From: Longimicrobiales bacterium
Lineage (GTDB): Bacteria; Gemmatimonadota; Gemmatimonadetes; Longimicrobiales; Gaopeijiaceae
Length of the DNA: 64,000 bases
NCBI GenBank assembly: GCA_041690395.1
Contig: JAWLHJ010000002.1
Coordinates: 596,751-660,750 of the forward strand
Direction: 5' to 3'
Made by a program: the position numbers and the translations under genes. The notes below the pieces were generated by a model that searched no databases, had not been told where the DNA came from, and worked only from the letters and a program-made list of their open reading frames with translations. Below, in pieces: positions 11,059 to 20,225 of this stretch (positions are counted from its first letter, which is position 1; each line of letters starts with the position of its first letter).

Positions 11059-11598
11059 ATGACCGAGGTCGCCACAGGTTCCCAGGAAGGATCGCCCGGC
11101 CAGGGACGGCAAGGTTCGTCATCGACCGTGGCCGACATCCTCTACGAGACGTTCTACGGTGGCGCCATCGGCGGCAGCATCCTCGCGCTCTTCTTCGCCG
11201 TGATGGACGTCGTTCAGGGGCGAGCGCTCTTCACCCCGTCCGCGCTCGGCACCGCGTTTTTCACGGACGCGGCCGCCTCCGCCGACGTCGAGATCCGGCT
11301 GGACATGGTCGCCTACTTCAGCGTGGTGCACCTCGCCGTGTTTCTGCTCATCGGCTTCGGCCTCGCGATCGCGTACCGCCGACTCGGAGCGTACGCACGC
11401 CGCCCCACGCTCATGGCTGCGCTGACCTTCGCGGTCCTCACCGGAGGGTTCGCGGCGGCCGGCGCCGTTCTCGCTCCCGGGGTCGTCGCCGTCATCGGCC
11501 TCCCGTGGATCGCCGCGGGTAATCTCCTGACCGCGATCGGCATGATCGCGTTCATGGAGTGGGCGCATCGGGAGGGCGGCGGGTCGAGCTACTCCTGA
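11059..11598 (+). CDS. Hypothetical membrane protein (about 4 TM)
   Basis: GGAGG RBS, four hydrophobic segments, TPSALG motif. Confidence 0.75.
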   Translation: MTEVATGSQEGSPGQGRQGSSSTVADILYETFYGGAIGGSILALFFAVMDVVQGRALFTPSALGTAFFTDAAASADVEIRLDMVAYFSVVHLAVFLLIGFGLAIAYRRLGAYARRPTLMAALTFAVLTGGFAAAGAVLAPGVVAVIGLPWIAAGNLLTAIGMIAFMEWAHREGGGSSYS

Positions 11599-11822
11599 CG
11601 ACACGGAGCGGCCGGCCCGCCGCCATGGAGGCACCAGCCCGCCGTCACGGAGGGGCCACCCCGTCGTCACGGACACGCCGGACCGCCGTCGGCCAGCGCC
11701 GCCGACCGCGGCCGGAGCGAGGGGGTTCCGAGACGAGGGGGGCGCGATCGGGCGCGGAAGCCTATCTTCGCCTCATCGGAGTGGTTCCTGGTCCAGCCGG
11801 ATGCAACGATGGAGGGTCTTAG

Positions 11823-12257
11823 ATGAATACCGACGAAGCCGCAGCCCCGGACCACGCTCGCAGAAGCAGCCCCGAGACGCTGCGACTCCGCCGTGTCACC
11901 CCTTCCTTGACGGTCGACGACGTCGGCCGGAGCCTCGACTTCTATCGAGATGTCATGGGCTTCGTGGTCGACGAGATCTGGGAGCACGAAGGCCGCAGGG
12001 TCGGCGCCGCGCTGGTCGCGGGATCCGTCACCCTCCTCCTCAGCGCCGACGACGGCAAGGCCGGGACCGACCGAGTGAAGGGCCAGGGCTTCCGTCTCCA
12101 TCTCAGCACCGCGCAGGACGTCGACCGCCTCGCCTCGAACGTCGAGTCGCGCGGCGGCACGATCGACGAGGGCCCGACGGACATGCCGTGGGGCGCGCGC
12201 GCCTTCACCATCGTCGACCCGGACGGCTTCAAGCTCACGGTGGCGGCGGACAGCTGA
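11823..12257 (+). CDS. VOC/glyoxalase family protein
   Basis: LTVDDVGRSLDFYRDVMGF and PWGARAFTIVDPDG. Confidence 0.9.
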   Translation: MNTDEAAAPDHARRSSPETLRLRRVTPSLTVDDVGRSLDFYRDVMGFVVDEIWEHEGRRVGAALVAGSVTLLLSADDGKAGTDRVKGQGFRLHLSTAQDVDRLASNVESRGGTIDEGPTDMPWGARAFTIVDPDGFKLTVAADS

Positions 12258-12302
12258 CGCGATGGGGTGGGCCCGTGGCTAGCCGTCGTGGGCGTGGGCC
12301 GC

Positions 12303-12379
12303 GGTGGGCCGGTGGGCCGGTGGGCCGGTGGGCCGGTGGGCCGGTGGGCCGGTGGGCCGGTGGGCCGGTGGGCCGGTGG
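12303..12379. repeat. Tandem 8-bp repeat (GGTGGGCC)x9 plus a partial copy
   Basis: Nine perfect consecutive units read directly from the intergenic sequence. Confidence 0.95.
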
Positions 12380-12597
12380 CAGAGAAATACACAGTCGCGA
12401 AGCGTCCGCCAACGCTTGTGAGGTTTCCGCCGCTGAGCGGCAGAAAAATGCCACGCCTCGCCTCCGCGCCTCCGCCCTTGTGCGATTGTCATCCATAAAT
12501 GGCGGAAAGCCCACATCGCTCCCGTCCGCCCGCACGAGTGTGTGACTTCCCGCCGGTCGTTGCCGCCCCTTCGTTCCCGCCCGTCAGCTCCCGCCAG

Positions 12598-13896
12598 TCA
12601 GCTCTCGGCGTACCGGTCGATCGCTTCCCGCAACGACCGGAACACCCATGCGCGCTTCTCGTCGTCGGTCTCGAGCAGCGTCGCCCGGAAGCCGTGATGC
12701 GTGCTCTGGAAGCCGGTGAGCGGGACGACCACGATGCCCGTCGCTCCCATGAGGTAGTAGACGAACCGCTTGTCCGGCTCGACGCCCGCGACCAGGCGCT
12801 CGACCGTCTCGCGGATCCGGCGATCCTCGATGTGGAGCGTCTGTGAGCCGTTGAGGAGCCCGTCGTCGAACTGGACGGTGAAGTAGAACGCGCCCCCCGG
12901 CCGATTCACGGTGACGTGCCGGCATCCCTCGAAGGCCGCCATCATCTCGTCGGCCCGCGCGGCGAACATCCGCCGTCGACGCTCGAGGTGCTCGGGGTAC
13001 CGGGGGTCCCCCATCACCCTGGGGATCGAGAGCTGCGGCAGCGTCGTCGACGACACCTCGAGGCGCTTCGCGGCGAGCAGGCTGTCGACGTACTGCGCGA
13101 AGATCGGGTCACGCCCCTTGTTCAGGATCTCGAGCCAGCCGCATCGCGCACCGGGCCACGGGTATTCCTTGCTGATCCCTCGCATGGCGATGCCCGGCAC
13201 GTCGCCGATCCACTCGCTCAAATGCAGGGGCGGCTGCCCGTTGTAGACGATGTTGGCGTAGATCTCGTCGGCGATGATGAAGATGTCGTTCGCACGCGCG
13301 ATGGCCGCGATCTCCTCGAGGACCTCCCGCGGATACACCGCGCCGGTCGGGTTGTCCGGCGACAGGAGGAGGATCCCCGCGATGGAATCATTGTAGCGCA
13401 CTTTGTTGCGGATATCGTCCAGATCCGGCATCCAGCCGGTGGCCGGATCGAGCGCGTACGTCACGTGGCTGTATCCGGAGTGCGCGGCCTCCGCCGAGGA
13501 GTGCGTGCTGTAGGCGGGCGACGGTCCGAGAATCCGGGCCTCACGGCGCATGAACCCATAGACCTTGGCGATCGCGTCGCCGAGGCCGTTGAAGAACATG
13601 ATGTCCTGGGCGGTGATCTGGACGCCGCCGCGACGGTTCACCTCGTCCGCGAGGAAGGCGCGCACCGCGGGGACGCCCTGCGTATCGCAGTAGCCCCACG
13701 ACTCGTTCTCGTGCACGAGCCCGGAGACGATGTCGCGGATCCACTCCGGAGGGACCTCCCCCTTGTGCACCGGATCACCGATGTTCTCCCAGGTCACTTC
13801 GCGACCCAGGGACTCGATCTCCTGAGCCGCCGTGACGATCTCGCGAATCTCGTATTTCAGGCTGGCTGCACCGACGTGCAGGATATTGCGACGCAT
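12598..13896 (-). CDS. PLP-dependent aminotransferase class I/II (AlaA-like)
   Basis: ENIGDP, PDNPTGAVY, ADEIY, GISKEYPWPGARCGW (PLP Lys), GAFY. Confidence 0.9.
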   Translation of the reverse strand: MRRNILHVGAASLKYEIREIVTAAQEIESLGREVTWENIGDPVHKGEVPPEWIRDIVSGLVHENESWGYCDTQGVPAVRAFLADEVNRRGGVQITAQDIMFFNGLGDAIAKVYGFMRREARILGPSPAYSTHSSAEAAHSGYSHVTYALDPATGWMPDLDDIRNKVRYNDSIAGILLLSPDNPTGAVYPREVLEEIAAIARANDIFIIADEIYANIVYNGQPPLHLSEWIGDVPGIAMRGISKEYPWPGARCGWLEILNKGRDPIFAQYVDSLLAAKRLEVSSTTLPQLSIPRVMGDPRYPEHLERRRRMFAARADEMMAAFEGCRHVTVNRPGGAFYFTVQFDDGLLNGSQTLHIEDRRIRETVERLVAGVEPDKRFVYYLMGATGIVVVPLTGFQSTHHGFRATLLETDDEKRAWVFRSLREAIDRYAES

Positions 13897-13983
13897 GCTC
13901 TGGCTCTCGTGGGTCCCCGGGTGGGTGCTCGGAGGGTCGATGAAGCTCACCCGGCGCCCCGGCGAATTCAACGGGTGGGGCGC

Positions 13984-16167
13984 ATGCTGCGGTCGGCCCG
14001 AGTGGCGTCCGTGCCCCGCGGAACACGGCGGCCGACCCACCGGCTGGCCCGCGCACGCTCCGCCTTCGTCGCGGTCACCGTGGTCTCATTCGTCCAGTGG
14101 CTCGCCCCCACGGAAGCCGCGGCCCAGGACCGGCGGGACGCGTCGAGCCCGGGGACCTCGGCCGAGCGGACGGCCGAGTCGGAGTGGCAGCTCGGCGTCG
14201 AGATCGGAGACGACCCGGCGGGACTGCTCCGGTGGGAGACGCACCGAGACGGCTGGACCTTCGGCGCGGGGGCCACGGCCGGACCCGGCGCCGGGGACAT
14301 CCAGCTCCGGATCGCTCCGCACGTGCGCCTGCAACGCACCCTGGTGCCACGCGTTCTGGTCGGCGCCGGGCTCGGGTTGGAGTGGACACGCCTCGACCGC
14401 GAGGGGAACGACGAAGAGTCCGAGCTCCAGTGGGACGTGGGCGTCGGCTGGCGGCCGGTGGAGCGGCTCCTCACCGAGGCGGGAGTGCGTTGGACGGACT
14501 ACCGGAACCGGCGGACCCGTGCCTACGTCCGGATCGCCGTGCCGCTGAGGATGAGGGGCGCGGGCGCCCGGCCGGAGCCGCCGGGGCCCGCCCGGTCGCC
14601 AGAGTCTGCCGTGACCCCCGACACCGCCCCGGGCCGTACACCGGGCGCCGCTACCGACCCCACGCCCGCCCCGGACCCCACGCCCGCCCCGGCCTCCCCC
14701 CTCCGAGCGGCCGCCGCCGTCCACGCGGCCCTCCGGCACCTTGGCGTTCCCCCCTCCGCCACGCGGGACGGGCGCCTGGACCTGTCGGTGGACGCGGTCG
14801 AGCGGAGCGGCTCGGGAATCGTCATGATCGCAGCCAATCCGCGCGGCGACCCCGATCCGCGCACCGGCATCGCACCCGGCACTGGCTCCGGCACCGGCGC
14901 CGCCCCCGGCGCAACGAACGTCGACCGCCTCGGCCTGGGCAGCGAGGCGTGGACGTCCGCGGACGCGTGGAACGGCTGGGCCCGTTGGCGGTCCGACCTC
15001 CACACCGACCCCTCGATCGCGGAACGGACCCGGGCGGCGACCGAGGGCCTCTTCTTCCCCGTCTCGATCTCGTTCTCCGGCGGCGCTCGGTGGAGCCCGG
15101 GCGACGGACGCGCCCTCGACGTCGTGGCGCGACACGATCCGCAGGCTCTCATCTGGCTCCCGCACCTGGGCCGGGAGCGGACGGCAGAGGTCGGGTTCGC
15201 CCGGGCAGGAGGGGCGTTCGGCCGCACCTCGGTCGCGGTGACCGGAACCCGCCTCGAGCCGATCGAGGGTCGAGCCGTCGACGACCTCGACCACCTACAG
15301 GTCGGAGTGGCTGTCGCTGCGGGCCCCACGCTGAGCGTCGGGGTCGAGCACGAGCGGTTGGACACGCGCGGCGGGGAGTGGCGGCGGAGCCGTGCCGTCG
15401 TCGAGCGGGCGGGCCGGCTCTCCGCCCGACTCCTGGCCGGGGACGACCTCGCCGTGCGGGTGGGCGCCTCGACCGAGCACGGCGCATGGCGAGCGGAGGC
15501 GTGGGGATCCTACCGCTCCGAGCCGGAGCTGCTCCATTACGACCGACTGGTGGCCAGCGGCTGGGCACGACCGGGCCCAGCGGACCCCACAAACCCCGCA
15601 GACCCGCCCGACCCGTCGGGCCCCACCACCCCCGACGGCGACGTATGGGCGTACGGCCTGACCGCCACCCGCGGCCCCATCCAGCTCGCCCTGGACGGCA
15701 CGGTCGGCGACCCGGTCTGGACGCCCGACTCCATCGAGCGAGGCGCCGGTGGAAGGGTGGGCCTGGTCTGGACGGACCGGCTCGCAGGCGACAGGATCGA
15801 AGGAAGGCTGGCGGTACGCGTCGCCGAGTGGGGGCCGGACCGCGCCTGGTGGCTGGAGCACCCGACCGCCGAGGCTTGGATCGAAACCAACACGCCGCTC
15901 GGCCCTGCTCTGCTGAGCGCCCGTGTTGCGGCCCGCACCGAGCTGAAGAGCGTACGCGCCGGGCTGGAGCACCCGGCGGGCGCCGAGCTCGGGCTGGGCC
16001 TCCTGGGTCCACTTCCCGACATCGGATCCCTGAAGGGTATGACGGTGAGCATGCGCCTGGACGACCTGCTCGACTCGGGCCTCCCGGTGCGTGTGGGCGC
16101 GCCCGAGCGGGGCCGGCGCCTGACGCTCGCCCTGGCATGGATGTCGAGATCCGGAGTCGACCGATGA
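13984..16167 (+). CDS. Putative outer-membrane beta-barrel protein, possibly a degenerate TonB-dependent receptor
   Basis: Signal-like segment ending AAAQ, amphipathic Trp/Gly-rich strands, Pro-rich linkers, C-terminus DDLLD...RGRRLTLALAW; start uncertain. Confidence 0.55.
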   Translation: MLRSARVASVPRGTRRPTHRLARARSAFVAVTVVSFVQWLAPTEAAAQDRRDASSPGTSAERTAESEWQLGVEIGDDPAGLLRWETHRDGWTFGAGATAGPGAGDIQLRIAPHVRLQRTLVPRVLVGAGLGLEWTRLDREGNDEESELQWDVGVGWRPVERLLTEAGVRWTDYRNRRTRAYVRIAVPLRMRGAGARPEPPGPARSPESAVTPDTAPGRTPGAATDPTPAPDPTPAPASPLRAAAAVHAALRHLGVPPSATRDGRLDLSVDAVERSGSGIVMIAANPRGDPDPRTGIAPGTGSGTGAAPGATNVDRLGLGSEAWTSADAWNGWARWRSDLHTDPSIAERTRAATEGLFFPVSISFSGGARWSPGDGRALDVVARHDPQALIWLPHLGRERTAEVGFARAGGAFGRTSVAVTGTRLEPIEGRAVDDLDHLQVGVAVAAGPTLSVGVEHERLDTRGGEWRRSRAVVERAGRLSARLLAGDDLAVRVGASTEHGAWRAEAWGSYRSEPELLHYDRLVASGWARPGPADPTNPADPPDPSGPTTPDGDVWAYGLTATRGPIQLALDGTVGDPVWTPDSIERGAGGRVGLVWTDRLAGDRIEGRLAVRVAEWGPDRAWWLEHPTAEAWIETNTPLGPALLSARVAARTELKSVRAGLEHPAGAELGLGLLGPLPDIGSLKGMTVSMRLDDLLDSGLPVRVGAPERGRRLTLALAWMSRSGVDR

Positions 16168-17003
16168 TCACCGAGACGGACCCGTCGCTGGACACGCTCG
16201 TGGAGCTGCTGCGGCGACACTCATGCGTGGTACTCTCCGGCGCCGGGTGCAGCACGGAATCCGGCATCCCCGACTACCGGGGCCCCGACGGCTCGCTCAA
16301 GGGCCGGCAGCCGATCCGGTTCCAGGAGTTCATGAGGAATCCGGCCTCCCGCACGCGCTACTGGGCGCGCAGCATGGTCGGCTGGCCACGCTTCTCGAAG
16401 TCGCGGCCGAACGAGGCGCATCGAGCCCTGGCGGCGCTGGAGAACGCGGGCTTCGTCGAGGGCATCATCACGCAGAACGTGGACGAGCTGCACCAGGCCG
16501 CGGGCAGCGAGTCCGTGGTGGATCTGCATGGACGGCTGTCGGAGGTCGTCTGCATGGCGTGCGGAGCGGTGGAGTCCCGGGATTCCGTGCAGGAGCGACT
16601 GCGGGCACTGAACCCGGACTTCGCGGCCACGGCCGACCACTACATCGCCGACGGCGACGCCCAACTCCCGGAAGGATCGGAGGCCGGCTTCCGCGTGGCG
16701 TCCTGCCGCTCCTGCGGGGGCCTGCTGAAGCCGCACGTGGTATTCTTCGGGGAGAACGTCCCCGGAGAGCGGCTCGAGCGCACCTGGACCCTCTTCCGTC
16801 GGGCGAGCGCGCTCCTCGTCGTCGGCTCCTCACTGACCGTATTCTCCGGGAGACGCTTCGTGTTGCGCGCCGAGCAGGAAGGCAAGCCCGTCGCCATCGT
16901 GAACGTCGGCCCGACCCGCGGCGACGAAACCGCCCTGTGCAAGGTGGAAGACCGTGCCGGCACCGTCCTCCCGCAGATCGCCGAGGCGTTGGGCGCCGCT
17001 TGA
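16164..17003 (+). CDS. NAD-dependent protein deacylase, Sir2 family (class II / SIRT4-like)
   Basis: GAGCSTESGIPDYRG, ITQNVDELH, DLHG, CxxC...CxxC, LKPHVVFFGE, VGSSL. Confidence 0.93.
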   Translation: MITETDPSLDTLVELLRRHSCVVLSGAGCSTESGIPDYRGPDGSLKGRQPIRFQEFMRNPASRTRYWARSMVGWPRFSKSRPNEAHRALAALENAGFVEGIITQNVDELHQAAGSESVVDLHGRLSEVVCMACGAVESRDSVQERLRALNPDFAATADHYIADGDAQLPEGSEAGFRVASCRSCGGLLKPHVVFFGENVPGERLERTWTLFRRASALLVVGSSLTVFSGRRFVLRAEQEGKPVAIVNVGPTRGDETALCKVEDRAGTVLPQIAEALGAA

Positions 17004-17020
17004 CCCCCAATGAGAAGACC

Positions 17021-17908
17021 ATGACCCGCAAGCTCGACAAGATCCTCATCGGCATCGACCTCACACCTGCGTCCCTGGACGGCGCGGCCTGGACCGCCCG
17101 GACGTTCGTCCCGAACTCGCGCCTGACCCTGGCGCACGTGCTCGAGACCCGGCCGATCCTGAGCTTCTTCTCCCCGTCCGAGGCGGAGCGCAAGACGGAG
17201 CAGATCCGGGCCGACGTGGACGAGCGCCTCGGGAAGCTCCGGTCCGACTTCGGGGCCGCCCGGGTCGCGGTACGCTTCTCCGACGGATCGCCCGGGATCG
17301 AGCTGGCGAAGCTCGCCGAAGAGCTGGATGTCGACGCGATCTCCATCGGCGCGGAGCGGGAGGGCATGGCGGGCGGCCTGTTGGGCAGCATCGTGTCGAC
17401 GCTGCTCGGGCATGCGACGGTCCCGGTGCTCATCGCCCACGACGTTCCCGACCACGCGCCCCGCAGGATCCTCGTCGCCGTGGGCGACCCCGAGGGCGCA
17501 CGATCGGTCCTGGCGTGGGCGGACGCCCTCGCCGAACGCTTCGACGCGAGCGGCGTGGTCGCCACCGCGGTCGAGCCACCTGGGATTCCCGTGGACCAGA
17601 CGCTCTTCGCGTCCGAGGAGGAATACCGGAGTGCCCGGAGTGATGTCATGGAGCGCGCGCGGAAGCGCGTCGCACAGGAGATGGAAGCGGCAGGCGTCGA
17701 CCTCGACCGCTTCACCGCGGAAGCCAGGTACGGGCGCCCGGAGGAGGAGATCGTGTCGGTCGCCCGCGAGATGGGCGCGGACCTGATCGTCCTCGGAACA
17801 CGGGGCTTCACCCACGGGCATGCCCTGATGGTCGGAAGCGTCTCGCGGAGGGTCATCGAGGCGTCGCAATGTCCGGTGTTCGTCGTCCCGCCGGACTCAC
17901 GTCCGTGA
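17021..17908 (+). CDS. Universal stress protein with tandem Usp domains
   Basis: KILIGID...GSIVSTLL...PVL and RILVAV...DLIVLGTRG...GSVSRRV...CPVFVV. Confidence 0.9.
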   Translation: MTRKLDKILIGIDLTPASLDGAAWTARTFVPNSRLTLAHVLETRPILSFFSPSEAERKTEQIRADVDERLGKLRSDFGAARVAVRFSDGSPGIELAKLAEELDVDAISIGAEREGMAGGLLGSIVSTLLGHATVPVLIAHDVPDHAPRRILVAVGDPEGARSVLAWADALAERFDASGVVATAVEPPGIPVDQTLFASEEEYRSARSDVMERARKRVAQEMEAAGVDLDRFTAEARYGRPEEEIVSVAREMGADLIVLGTRGFTHGHALMVGSVSRRVIEASQCPVFVVPPDSRP

Positions 17909-18813
17909 CCCGGGCCGCGGGAGGGACGCGGCACGTGCTCGTGGCGGGCTGCGGGTACGTGGGGGGCGCTCTCGCGAGCATGCTCGTCGACGACGGGGAC
18001 CGGGTCACGGGGCTGAAGCGGAGCCCCGGCGGGCTGGAGCCGGGCGTCGAGCGGCTCGCCGCGGACGTGCTCGAGCCGGCCAGCCTCGCCGGCGTCCCGA
18101 AGCACCCCGATGCCGTCGTGTACGCCGTCTCCCCTGCCGGGCGTGGCGGACCCGCGTACCGGAACGCCTACGTGCACGGGCTCGAGAACGTCCTGCGCGC
18201 ATGCTCCACCCCGGACGAGCCCTTCCGGGGCCGCCTCGTTCTCGTCTCCAGCACCGGCGTCTACGGAGAGTCGGAGGGAGCATGGGTCGACGAGGAGACG
18301 GCGCCCGACCCCGCCGACGAGACCGGCGTGGCCCTGCTCGAGGGGGAGACGCTCGCCCGGACGTTCGGAGGAACCGGCATCGTGCTGAGGCTCGGGGGGA
18401 TCTACGGGCCGGGGCGCGACCGCACGGTCCGGACCGTCGCGAACGGCGAAGCCCGCTGCCCGGAGCCCGGCCGCTTCGGGAACCGCATCCACCGGGACGA
18501 CGCCGCGGCCGCCGCACGGCATCTCCTGTCGCTCGACCATCCGGACGAAGTCTACGTCGGTGTGGACCGGGACCCCGCCCCGCTCAGGGACGTCTACCGC
18601 TGGATCGCAGGACGGCTGCGCGTGCCCGATCCGTGCGCGCCCGCCGGGGCCGAGGCCGCGGCACCCGACGGCGGCTCCTCGGGAAGCACCCGGCGGCGGT
18701 CCAACAAGCGGTGCTCGAGCGACCGCCTCGTGGCCTCGGGCTTCGCCTTCCGGTACCCGACCTTCCGCGAAGGCTATACGCCGTTCATCGAGGCGATCCT
18801 CGAGAGTCGCTGA
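17905..18813 (+). CDS. NAD-dependent epimerase / atypical SDR (YeeZ-like)
   Basis: VAGCGYVG, VSSTGVYG, LRLGGIYGPGR, NRIHRDD, YPTFREG. Confidence 0.88.
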   Translation: MTRAAGGTRHVLVAGCGYVGGALASMLVDDGDRVTGLKRSPGGLEPGVERLAADVLEPASLAGVPKHPDAVVYAVSPAGRGGPAYRNAYVHGLENVLRACSTPDEPFRGRLVLVSSTGVYGESEGAWVDEETAPDPADETGVALLEGETLARTFGGTGIVLRLGGIYGPGRDRTVRTVANGEARCPEPGRFGNRIHRDDAAAAARHLLSLDHPDEVYVGVDRDPAPLRDVYRWIAGRLRVPDPCAPAGAEAAAPDGGSSGSTRRRSNKRCSSDRLVASGFAFRYPTFREGYTPFIEAILESR

Positions 18814-18822
18814 CGCGCCTCC

Positions 18823-20019
18823 TCAGAACCGCCCGCTGAACAAGGTGAAGCGCAGGCCTGGTCTGAGTCGCTCACGCCCGGTCGCGTCCGGCACGCGGAC
18901 CACGGTCGGCTGGGGCGTGGGGATCCCGGCGGACCAGTCGTCCCCGTCGAACCGGAGGAGCGCCTCCGCCCCGGCCTCGCCTCCAGGCACCCCCGCCCCG
19001 GACGCTCGGTCGTAGTCGCGGGTCAGGTGCGCGGCCGTTCCGAGACCACCCAGGCTGAGCAAGAACGGAATCCCCACCGCGACCTTATCGTCGTCCGGTT
19101 GGATCATCAGGTCGAGCCCAACGCCGGCCAGCCCCCCGAGCAGGGCGCCCAGGCCGATGAGCCTCACTCGATTGCGGCTCAGGCCGAAGCGATCGGCCGC
19201 CCACGCACCTCCGACGAGGCCCGCGTTTCCCGCGAGGAGGGTGAGGGCCCATACGTTGTCGTCCTCCTCCACCCCCGACAGCGTGGAGCCGGCCAGCCCC
19301 ACCCAGCTGCCCCAGATCGACCCGTAGTGGGCGGCTTGGGCTACGCCCGCGTCGATCTCCCGGCGCGACAGGATTCCGCCCACGACGACGCCGACCAGCC
19401 CGCCCGCGATCATCGACGCGAACTGTTCCTCGGTCCGGTCGCCGCCGTCGAAACAGACATCTCCCGAGCAGAACTCCTCCGTCCCCACGTCGAACACCTC
19501 CCCCCACCCGAGCCCCTGGTAGGTCCCCCAGGTGCCGCCCCACGTGATCGCCCGGGTCTGACCTTCGGTGAGCGAGCGCGAGCGGGTGACCGCCCGCGCC
19601 GCCAGGAACCCGGCCGGTGCGCCGAGCAGGATGCCCGCGCCGTAGGCTTCCGTGTCGTCCGCGCTCAGGGCGGTGGGCACCGCAACGCCAAGCCACAGGC
19701 CGTACAACGTCCCCCAGACCTGGAGTTCCACACGCCCGCTCCGGTCGGGCTCGGCGGCACGCCATCTCACGAGGGCGGCCCGGGCGTCGGCCGCCGCGGG
19801 CGTCACTCCGAACTGCTCCACGATGTAGGCGTAGAGCGCCTCCGCGACGTCACCCTGCCCCCTCGCCTCGAAGTCGCGCGCCGTCTCGAGAAGCACGGCC
19901 GCGGAGTCGGCCGCGGCGGGCACCTGAGCGGACAGCCCGCACGGCGCGAGCAGGAGGAGCGCGGCGACCAACGCGGCGGCCAGGGGCTGGCAGGGGCGTC
20001 GACCATGAAGCGATGGCAT
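18823..20019 (-). CDS. Secreted/membrane protein with a TPR-like N-terminus and Gly-rich helical repeats
   Basis: Signal peptide ending SAQ, helical hairpin (AEALYAYIVEQFG), repeated GxxxG hydrophobic helices, C-terminal Phe. Confidence 0.7.
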   Translation of the reverse strand: MPSLHGRRPCQPLAAALVAALLLLAPCGLSAQVPAAADSAAVLLETARDFEARGQGDVAEALYAYIVEQFGVTPAAADARAALVRWRAAEPDRSGRVELQVWGTLYGLWLGVAVPTALSADDTEAYGAGILLGAPAGFLAARAVTRSRSLTEGQTRAITWGGTWGTYQGLGWGEVFDVGTEEFCSGDVCFDGGDRTEEQFASMIAGGLVGVVVGGILSRREIDAGVAQAAHYGSIWGSWVGLAGSTLSGVEEDDNVWALTLLAGNAGLVGGAWAADRFGLSRNRVRLIGLGALLGGLAGVGLDLMIQPDDDKVAVGIPFLLSLGGLGTAAHLTRDYDRASGAGVPGGEAGAEALLRFDGDDWSAGIPTPQPTVVRVPDATGRERLRPGLRFTLFSGRF

Positions 20020-20225
20020 GGAAGGTCTCTGTGGTGGGGGCGCGCGAGGGCCGTGGCGGATTCGCCGCAGCGGGTTGGTACCCGGCGGCTCCGCTCCGGT
20101 TGCCGGAAGTCCCGCCTGCCGGGATGTCCGTGGCCGTTCCGGCTCTGGACGAACGACCCGCAAGCGGTGATCGTGACGGCTCGCGCGGCGTCGGCCGCGG
20201 GATCCACAGCGAAGGAGAGGGGACG

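Noticed and set aside
12303..12379. Possible CRISPR array
   Set aside because: Contiguous 8-bp units with no spacers and no cas genes
12916..13983. N-terminal third of the 1083-aa plus-strand ORF
   Set aside because: Antisense shadow of the aminotransferase; the plausible protein starts near 13984
14097..16163. 968-aa sirtuin fusion suggesting a defence-type SIR2 protein
   Set aside because: The upstream part is an Arg/Pro/Gly-rich off-frame read of the barrel gene; the sirtuin starts at 16164 and is a canonical deacylase
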